A DNA stretch of 64,000 bases from an uncultured Planctomycetaceae bacterium (GTDB lineage: Bacteria; Planctomycetota; Planctomycetia; Pirellulales; PALSA-1355), in the NCBI GenBank assembly GCA_963785305.1, contig CAWAUV010000008.1:32001-96000 (forward strand). Reading direction: 5' to 3'. Within the stretch, counting starts at the first letter, position 1. Every line of letters starts with the position of its first letter. Positions 57,106-64,000 of this stretch are shown in pieces. A program made the position numbers and the translations under genes. Below the pieces are notes generated by a model that made no database searches, was not told the DNA's origin, and saw only the letters and a list, made by a program, of their open reading frames with translations.

Positions 57106-57957
57106 TCAAGGGAATTCGCTAGTGCCCGTTGCGCTCGGCCCAGGGCAATGGCGAATGCGGCGCCGGCGCGGGGGCGCCGCGGCCGCGCGCGAGTCCGCCA
57201 TCGGCGCCAAGTGCAATTGCACCCCGGCCGCCACGATCTGTTCGCGCCAATGGCGATCGATGCCATCGTCGACGACCACATGTCGCACATCGCCCAGCGG
57301 ACACAGCTCCGCGAGACTTTGGTGGCCGAACTTGGTGCTATCGGCCACGACGATCACTTCTTCGGCGGCGGCGATCATGGCTCGTTCGGTTTCGACCAAC
57401 AGCAAGTTATTGTTGTAAAAGCCGCGTTCGGTCGCGCCGCTCACACTGAGCACGGTGCGGCGCACATGGAGCCGGCCGAGCATTTCATTGGCATAAGGTC
57501 CGAGGGCGACTCCAGTGCGCGGGTAGACATAGCCGCCCAGGAGCACGAGATCGGCGTCGGGGCTGGAGGCAAACAGGTTCGCCACCGGCAAGGAATTCGT
57601 CACGATCTGCAAGGGTCGTCCGATCAGGAGCCGCGCGACTTCATAGGTGGTGCTGCCGCCATCGAGCAGCACCGTGTCACCATCGTCGATCAGGCTCACG
57701 GCCCGCTGGGCGATGGCCGCCTTCTTATCCCACTGGGCGGGCTGAAGCTGCTCGAAGTGCGGATTCTTGGGCGACCGGCCGGTGTAAAACACGCCGCCAT
57801 GCGTGCGCTTCGCCGCGCCGGTGTCTTCCAAGAAGTCTAGGTCGCGGCGGATCGTTGATTCCGAAACTTTGAGCTCCTCGGCAAGTTGCGGCAACGACGC
57901 GAAACCGCGCGTTCGCACTACCTCGAGCAAATGATTTCGTCGTTCGTCGACCAGCAT
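57106..57957 (-). CDS. DeoR/GlpR family transcriptional regulator of the BMC operon
   Basis: VSESTIRRDL, RTHGG, LDGGSTT, VTNS, ADSTKFG. Confidence 0.95.
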   Translation of the reverse strand: MLVDERRNHLLEVVRTRGFASLPQLAEELKVSESTIRRDLDFLEDTGAAKRTHGGVFYTGRSPKNPHFEQLQPAQWDKKAAIAQRAVSLIDDGDTVLLDGGSTTYEVARLLIGRPLQIVTNSLPVANLFASSPDADLVLLGGYVYPRTGVALGPYANEMLGRLHVRRTVLSVSGATERGFYNNNLLLVETERAMIAAAEEVIVVADSTKFGHQSLAELCPLGDVRHVVVDDGIDRHWREQIVAAGVQLHLAPMADSRAAAAPPRRRRIRHCPGPSATGTSEFP

Positions 57958-58527
57958 GGGGAGTTTCGTCGCTGGAGAATTCAAGCCGAGGCTAGGTGAT
58001 AGCGATTCGCGAAACCGTGGCGCGTCATGCACCGCATAATGCCGCTGAAAACCGTATCTTTCCCAGTATGCCTACAAAATGAGAGAAATCAATCACTGAA
58101 GTGGAAAAATTCGTTCAAATTTGCTGCGCGAGTTGCGCATTGCGATGAGAACTTGTTTACTGGCTTCACATTGTGTCGATCTGGGAAAAATGAAAAAACT
58201 TTTCCGGCGCCGTGATATCCGCCGAGTATGCGGTCCGACTCTGTGAATCGTGGGCCCGCGGCGCCTTCGCCGTGATCCTATCGGCCCCCAGAGAGCCAGA
58301 GCCGGTTTGAGCCGCCGATATTGGCCCCGGTTGCCGTGACTTGGCGCCTGATCCACACTGCCGGGCTTCAGGCCTTCGCGGGCTAGGAAACATGGAGCTT
58401 GATCAGTAAGCTTTTGCCCGAGGGTTTATTTCCAGCAATCCTCGCCCCTCGAATTTTCTCGCGTTGCACTTGCGCGCGAGGAAAAGGCGCCAGGAGCCCG
58501 GCCCTCTTCTCAAGGATGGAGCTTTCG

Positions 58528-58845
58528 ATGCGGTGGTATCACTACGTCGCGTATTTCTTTGGCGGGGCCTTCCTGGCGAACACGATCCCGCATTTGGTGG
58601 CGGGAATCTCAGGAAGTCCGTTCCAGAGCCCCTTCGCCTCACCGCCGGGCGAGGGCCTTTCGTCGGCCATGGTGAACGTGCTCTGGGGCCTGTTCAATCT
58701 TGTCGTGGCGTACCTGCTCAGCGTGCGCGTCGGCCGCTTCGAACTAAGAAACTGGGCCCATGTGATCCCGCTGGGGGCCGGCTTCGCCCTGATGGCGATT
58801 TCGCTCGCCCACCATTTCGGCGCGTTCCACGGCGGAAAACTTTGA
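58528..58845 (+). CDS. Small integral membrane protein
   Basis: Three hydrophobic segments; GAFLANTIPH..PFQSPFA..NVLWG; RBS GGAG. Confidence 0.8.
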   Translation: MRWYHYVAYFFGGAFLANTIPHLVAGISGSPFQSPFASPPGEGLSSAMVNVLWGLFNLVVAYLLSVRVGRFELRNWAHVIPLGAGFALMAISLAHHFGAFHGGKL

Positions 58846-59038
58846 CTCGGCGGCGAGCTCGCGTCCCGCGAAACCTCCAGCCCGCCGAGAAAAACGCACG
58901 GAATCGTGGCCTCGCGAAACAGCCCTTGGAATTTCCGGCCCACTCTCCGCCCGCGCTACCAATGTCGCGCGGGGGTAAGGGAATGCCGCCCCGCGAGCAA
59001 CAAACAAAGAAAATCGACACGTCGTGACGCTTCGGGAT

Positions 59039-60001
59039 ATGATTAGCAGCGTGACGCTCCTCTATCGCGACCCCCTGTTTCTCGAACACCGAACCGGCAG
59101 CCATCCCGAAAACGCTCGGCGGCTCGAGGCGATCGATCGCGCGCTCCAACAGGCCGGGCTCCTCGAATGCTGCCACCGGCCCGCCTGGTCGCCTGCCTTG
59201 CCGGCCGAGCTCGCCCGAGTGCATGGCCGAGATTATCTGGCCGAGCTCGAGAAGTTCATCGCCGCGGGCGGTGGGCAAATAGAAGCCGACACGGTGTGTT
59301 CGCCGCGGTCGTTCGACGCCGCGCGGTTGGCCGCCGGCGCCGCCATCGACGCCACGCGGCGAGTGCTCACCGGCCCCGAGCGGCGAGCACTGTGCCTTGT
59401 GCGACCGCCCGGGCATCACGCGCTTGTCGACGCTCCGATGGGCTTCTGCCTGCTGGCCAATGTGGCGATCGCGGCGCGGGCAGCCACCGACGAGCTCGGG
59501 CTCGACCGAGTGCTGATCGTCGATTGGGATGTACACCACGGCAACGGCACGCAAGACATCTTCTGGCGCGATCCGTGCGTTGGGTTTTTTTCGATCCATC
59601 GCTGGCCGTTTTACCCCGGCACGGGCCGCGCCGACGAAACCGGCGCCGGCCCAGGACTCGGCGCCACGCTCAATGCGCCGCTCGAATTCGGAACCTCGCG
59701 GGCCGACTTTCTCGCCGCCTTTCGCCGCGGGCTCGATGACCTAGCGGCAAGAATTCGCCCGCAATTGATCCTCGTCAGCGCGGGTTTCGATGCTCATCGA
59801 CTCGACCCGGTGGGCTCGCTCGGTCTTGAAGTCGACGATTTCGCCGCGCTGACTCGCGATGTGCTGGCGGTGGCCAAGGCGTATTGCGGCGGTCGCGTGG
59901 TCAGCGTGCTCGAAGGCGGCTACGATCCGCAATCGCTCGGCGACTGCGCCCGCGCGCATCTCGAGGCGTTGCTCGGGGGCGACGACGTTTCCGAGAACTA
60001 A
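59039..60001 (+). CDS. Histone deacetylase family protein
   Basis: HPENARRL, RPPGHHA, GFC, DWDVHHGNGTQ, SAGFDAH..DP, LEGGY. Confidence 0.96.
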   Translation: MISSVTLLYRDPLFLEHRTGSHPENARRLEAIDRALQQAGLLECCHRPAWSPALPAELARVHGRDYLAELEKFIAAGGGQIEADTVCSPRSFDAARLAAGAAIDATRRVLTGPERRALCLVRPPGHHALVDAPMGFCLLANVAIAARAATDELGLDRVLIVDWDVHHGNGTQDIFWRDPCVGFFSIHRWPFYPGTGRADETGAGPGLGATLNAPLEFGTSRADFLAAFRRGLDDLAARIRPQLILVSAGFDAHRLDPVGSLGLEVDDFAALTRDVLAVAKAYCGGRVVSVLEGGYDPQSLGDCARAHLEALLGGDDVSEN

Positions 60002-60208
60002 GGAACGGCCCCGACGCCCAAGCGAGAAGTCGATTTCCGAAAGGAAGCGGTGGGCCTCGCGAGCCGCGTTTTGTCGCGATGCGTTCTTGACCGCCTCGAA
60101 ACTCATGGTTTAGCATGACGCTCGTTTGCCGGGACCGCGTGCTGGTGTCCGTGGGCGGTCGCGCGTCCCATCTTCCCCAACGAAGGATCGCATGCATGAC
60201 TGAGCGGA

Positions 60209-62137
60209 GTGGCGACAGGACGAAGCTGCGGGGCGCCCGCGCTTATCGTGGCTGGCGCGTGGCTGGCGATCTGCTGGATGTCCGCGTCGGTGTTGGCCGC
60301 CGACGCCAAGTCCAAGTCCGGGGCAGTCGTCGAAAAGGAGCCCGAGTCGCTGATCGAGCCCTTCACTCCGCCCCCGCTCTCGGAGCTCGACAAAACGGCC
60401 GAGTGGATCGATCAGCCGGTCGTCGACTTCATGTCGCGGCTGGCCGAGGAACAGGCCAAGTCGAAGCCGCTGACGGGCGTGGCCGAGGCGCTGAAGTTGA
60501 AAAATGATTCGAGCGCCGCCAACGCCAAGATTCTCAGCGCGCTCGGCCGGTTGCCCGCCGATCCCAAAGTCGTGAACTGGGAAGCCACGATCAATCGGCA
60601 CACGGCCGGCGATGTGAAAAGCACGAATCCGATCATGATTAGCTCGGTCACCGAGTTCGACGTGGCGGGGCTCACCGGTTTCGGGCTGTTCGGAAACGAT
60701 TGGAACCTGCAAATGGCGGCCAGCAGCGATAGTGTGCGCGACTGGAAGAGCAGCAAGGACCGGCTCAAGGACAAGATCGTGCTGCGCGACGATCTCACCT
60801 GGAGCGATGGCCACCCGATCACGGCCCATGATATCGTCTACACCTGGCGGCTGATCATGAATCCGCGCGTGCCGGTGCCGGCCGTGCGCTCGGGCACGGA
60901 CAAGCTCCGATGGATCGAAGCCTACGATGACCACACGCTCGTGTTCTTCCATAAGGAAGCGCTCGCGACGAACGTCGAAAACATTAGCTTTCCGATTTTG
61001 CCCAAGCATATCTACGAGAAAACGGCGCCGGAAGACCCCTCGCTTTCGCACAGTCCGGAGCATGTGAAGTTGGAAAGCGCCCCCGTGACCGGCGGGCCCT
61101 ACGAATTCAGGTCGCGCATCTCGGGACAAGAGATCGTGGTCGAGCGGCGCGAAAGTTACTATATGCACGGCGGCAAGCAGGTCCGCGACAAGCCGTATTT
61201 CAAGACCGTGCGCATCCGGGTGATGGAAGACACGAACACCGCGCTCTTGGCGCTAAAAAAGGGCGAGATCGATGAAATGATTCTCACTCCCAGCCAATGG
61301 ACCTCGCGCACCAACGATGCCGACTTCTATGCCCGAAACACCAAGGCCACGGGGCTCGAATGGGTGTATTTCTATTTCGGCTGGAATCTGAAGCAGCCTT
61401 TTTTCACCGATGTGCGCGTGCGCGAGGCGATGGGCTATGCCTTCAACCATGAAAAGCTGCTCAAGAATCTATGCTACGGACTTTACGAGCCGGCCAATGG
61501 CATTTTTTATCACAGTGCTTGGATGGCGCCCAAGAAGGCGCTGCCCTATTACAAGCACGACCCCGACAAGGCCGAGGACTTGCTCGACGCCGCCGGCTGG
61601 ACCGATCACGACAACGACGGCGTGCGCGACAAGGTGATCGACGGCAAGTTGCGGAAATTCGAATTCACGATGTTGTGCGCGAACATTGCCGATCGGATCG
61701 AGGTTTGCAAATTGCTCCAACAGAATCTCGACGAGATCGGAGTCAAAATGAATGTCCGACCGCTCGAGTTCGCCACCTTCCAGCAGAAGACTCATGACAA
61801 GGACTTCGAGGCGATGCACGCCGGCTGGGGCGCGGGATCGGACCCCGACTCGAGCGAGAACATCTGGAAGACCGGCGAGCCGCGGAACTATGTCAGCTTC
61901 TCGAACCCCGAGGTCGACAAACTCTATGAAGCCGGGCGCCACGAGTTCGACCGCGCGAAGCGGGCCGCGATCTACGCGAAGATCGATGAACTGATCTACG
62001 CCGAGCAGCCGTATACATTCCTCTATTTCCGCAATTCGTTTTACGGATTCGACAAACATCTGCGCGGCTACAAGTTCAGTCCGCGCGGGCCGTTCAACTA
62101 CAGTCCCGGCTTTTCGAGCATCTGGATGGCCGAATAA
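60209..62137 (+). CDS. Peptide/nickel ABC transporter substrate-binding protein (family 5)
   Basis: LRDDLTWSDGHPITAHD, PVTGGPY, DVRVREAM..AFN, EQPYTFLY. Confidence 0.93.
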   Translation: MATGRSCGAPALIVAGAWLAICWMSASVLAADAKSKSGAVVEKEPESLIEPFTPPPLSELDKTAEWIDQPVVDFMSRLAEEQAKSKPLTGVAEALKLKNDSSAANAKILSALGRLPADPKVVNWEATINRHTAGDVKSTNPIMISSVTEFDVAGLTGFGLFGNDWNLQMAASSDSVRDWKSSKDRLKDKIVLRDDLTWSDGHPITAHDIVYTWRLIMNPRVPVPAVRSGTDKLRWIEAYDDHTLVFFHKEALATNVENISFPILPKHIYEKTAPEDPSLSHSPEHVKLESAPVTGGPYEFRSRISGQEIVVERRESYYMHGGKQVRDKPYFKTVRIRVMEDTNTALLALKKGEIDEMILTPSQWTSRTNDADFYARNTKATGLEWVYFYFGWNLKQPFFTDVRVREAMGYAFNHEKLLKNLCYGLYEPANGIFYHSAWMAPKKALPYYKHDPDKAEDLLDAAGWTDHDNDGVRDKVIDGKLRKFEFTMLCANIADRIEVCKLLQQNLDEIGVKMNVRPLEFATFQQKTHDKDFEAMHAGWGAGSDPDSSENIWKTGEPRNYVSFSNPEVDKLYEAGRHEFDRAKRAAIYAKIDELIYAEQPYTFLYFRNSFYGFDKHLRGYKFSPRGPFNYSPGFSSIWMAE

Positions 62138-62216
62138 GCCGGAGCATGATTCCCGCGACGCGCGGCGTTGCCTCGAGGCGTTTTGCTGTTTCCGGAGCCC
62201 GGCCGATGGATGGGAC

Positions 62217-63194
62217 ATGCTGAACTATTTCGCCAAGCGGTTGTTGCTTGGAATCTTCACGCTGGTGATGATCACGCTGTTCGTGTATGGGCTGATTCGC
62301 GCCATGCCTGGCTCGCCGCTCTCGCTCGAGATGGACGAAGACCCCAGCCGCAAGATCAGCCAAGAAGACATCGATCGGATGCACGCCGCCTATGGGCTCG
62401 ACAAGCCTTGGTATGTCGGCTATCGCGATTGGCTCATGCGATTGCTGCATGGCGATCTCGATGTGTCGATCCGGCAGCATGAAAAAGTCACGACCATGAT
62501 CGGCCAGCGAGTCGGCCCGACCTTGCTGCTCTCGGGCGCGTCGCTGGTGCTTACCTTCGCGCTCGCCGTGCCGATGGGGCTGTTCATGACCTCCCGGAGC
62601 GGACGGTTCGATGAGCGAGCCCTGAGCACGCTGCTCTACATGCTCTATTCGTTTCCCACCTTCGTGGCGGCGCTGCTCTTGCAAATCGCTTTCGCGGTGA
62701 AACTCAATTGGTTGCCGCTCGGGCAAATGGTGGGCGACGACTACGATTCGCTCTCGGAGTGGGGGCGCACCTGGGACGTTTTCAAGCACTCGATCTTGCC
62801 GATCGCCTGCGAAACCTATGGCGCCCTGGCCTACTACAGCCGCTTCGTCCACACGAATCTGCAAGAGGTCATGCGGCAAGACTATATTCGCACCGCCCGG
62901 GCCAAGGGCTTGCCCCGGTTGCGAGTGCTGGCGCACCACGCGCTGCGCAACACGATGATTCCGCTGGTCACGTTGCTCGGCCTCTCGTTGCCGAGCCTGC
63001 TGAGCGGCGCCGTGATCTTGGAGCAGATCTTCAATTGGCCTGGCATGGGCCGTTTGTTTTTCGAAGTGATCCGCACTCGCGACTATCCGGTGATCATGGG
63101 CCTGGTGTTGATGTTTTCCAGCATGACCCTGCTGGGGCAATTGCTGGCCGACTTGCTCTACGCCGTGGTCGATCCGCGGATCACGTATTCCTGA
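62217..63194 (+). CDS. Peptide ABC transporter permease (OppB/DppB-like)
   Basis: DYIRTARAKGL, HALRN, EQIFNWPGMG, RDYPV, DPRI. Confidence 0.95.
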   Translation: MLNYFAKRLLLGIFTLVMITLFVYGLIRAMPGSPLSLEMDEDPSRKISQEDIDRMHAAYGLDKPWYVGYRDWLMRLLHGDLDVSIRQHEKVTTMIGQRVGPTLLLSGASLVLTFALAVPMGLFMTSRSGRFDERALSTLLYMLYSFPTFVAALLLQIAFAVKLNWLPLGQMVGDDYDSLSEWGRTWDVFKHSILPIACETYGALAYYSRFVHTNLQEVMRQDYIRTARAKGLPRLRVLAHHALRNTMIPLVTLLGLSLPSLLSGAVILEQIFNWPGMGRLFFEVIRTRDYPVIMGLVLMFSSMTLLGQLLADLLYAVVDPRITYS

Positions 63195-63252
63195 ACAATC
63201 GCCGCGGCCCGAACGACTCGAAGAAGAAAATCCGACGACGAGCTACTTGCCG

Positions 63253-64000
63253 ATGAACATTACCGCCCCTCGATCGACGCCCGAGCCTGGACCGGCCGAC
63301 GTTCCGCTGGCGGCGCCGCGCGGATTTTGGGGCGAGGTGTGGCGGCGTTTTCGCAAGCGCAAGCTCGCCATGGCGGCGCTCATGTTCGTCGGCATGCTTT
63401 CGCTGGTGGCGGTGTTCTCGCCGGCCATCGTGGGCGTCAAGCCGATCGTGTGTCGCTATAAAGGCCACTACTACTTCCCCTGCCTCGGCTACTTCGACGC
63501 GAGTTGGGAAGAGAACGGCGTGTTTCTCAAGGATCGCATTCAGAAGCGGTACTCGACTCGGTTGAAGAAGAAAGACCCCGAGAGCTGGGCGATCTGGCCG
63601 CTGGTGTATCAAGACCCCTACCGGCAGATCGATGAAGACGAATGGCCCGGCCAGCCCGCGAACCCGATGCACGATCAAGGCAGCCCCAACCGCTACAACT
63701 GGTTCGGCGTCACGCAGCAAGGCGTCGATGTGTTCGCGCAAATGGTGCATGGCACGACGATCGCGCTCTCGGTCGGTTTCGTGTCGATGGGCATCGCCAC
63801 GCTGATCGGCGTCGTCCTCGGTTCACTGGCCGGTTATTTTCGCGGCTGGGTCGATATCGCGATCAGTCGCCTGATCGAAGTCGTGATGTGCGTGCCGCAG
63901 CTTGTATTGATTCTGGCCTTGATCGCGGTGATTCCCAAGCAAAAGACCTGGCATATCATGGTCGTGCTCGGACTCACGAATTGGACCGGCATCGCGCGGC
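63253..64000 (+). CDS. Peptide ABC transporter permease (OppC/DppC-like), truncated by window end
   Basis: Hand translation: MNITAP..RGFWGEVWRRFRKRKLAM..NWFGVTQQGVDVFAQMVHG..GYFRGWVD. Confidence 0.9.
   Translation, partial: MNITAPRSTPEPGPADVPLAAPRGFWGEVWRRFRKRKLAMAALMFVGMLSLVAVFSPAIVGVKPIVCRYKGHYYFPCLGYFDASWEENGVFLKDRIQKRYSTRLKKKDPESWAIWPLVYQDPYRQIDEDEWPGQPANPMHDQGSPNRYNWFGVTQQGVDVFAQMVHGTTIALSVGFVSMGIATLIGVVLGSLAGYFRGWVDIAISRLIEVVMCVPQLVLILALIAVIPKQKTWHIMVVLGLTNWTGIAR

Noticed and set aside
58200..58385. Structured ncRNA or GCCGTGA operator triplet upstream of the DeoR gene
   Set aside because: No recognisable RNA family motif; a 7-mer recurring at irregular spacing may be chance at this GC content
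42808..60001. SET methyltransferase plus HDAC as a chromatin-like module
   Set aside because: About 16 kb apart with unrelated genes between; both families are common in planctomycetes
60025..60060. SRP RNA (TTCC-GAAA-GGAAGC)
   Set aside because: Lacks the CAGG..AGCA internal loop and the long closing stem

Overview
GC-rich bacterial window, most likely a planctomycete (Pirellulales-like). This is inferred from the PV-type microcompartment locus, DUF1570, SET-domain and sulfatase genes, and the pilin-cluster layout. Contents in order: (i) 5' part of a hybrid sensor kinase; (ii) a ~22-kb type IV pilus/T2SS-like locus (pilB, pilT, second pilB, pilC, four prepilin-type genes, a ~2250-aa PilX-like protein); (iii) NAD-dependent formate dehydrogenase and assorted metabolic/envelope genes (ALDH, DUF2156, SDR, Ser/Thr kinase, O-antigen-ligase-TPR, GT2, SET, ilvD, sulfatase, esterase); (iv) a 12-gene PV-type bacterial microcompartment operon; (v) an HDAC-family gene and a peptide ABC transporter running off the end. 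The most unusual feature is that the pilus locus is interleaved with large tandem arrays of hairpin-forming repeats: 5.5x198 bp in frame inside a prepilin leader, 9x174/182 bp directly upstream of a GxxExxY PD-(D/E)xK nuclease gene, 10x131 bp, and ~2.3x205 bp, plus solo copies. This suggests a GxxExxY-nuclease/modular-palindrome selfish or regulatory system (hypothesis). About 16 apparent 1-2 nt frameshifts occur, many in conserved genes and mostly at or next to GCGC. They are probably long-read errors rather than pseudogenes, so the affected genes are reported as joined CDSs.
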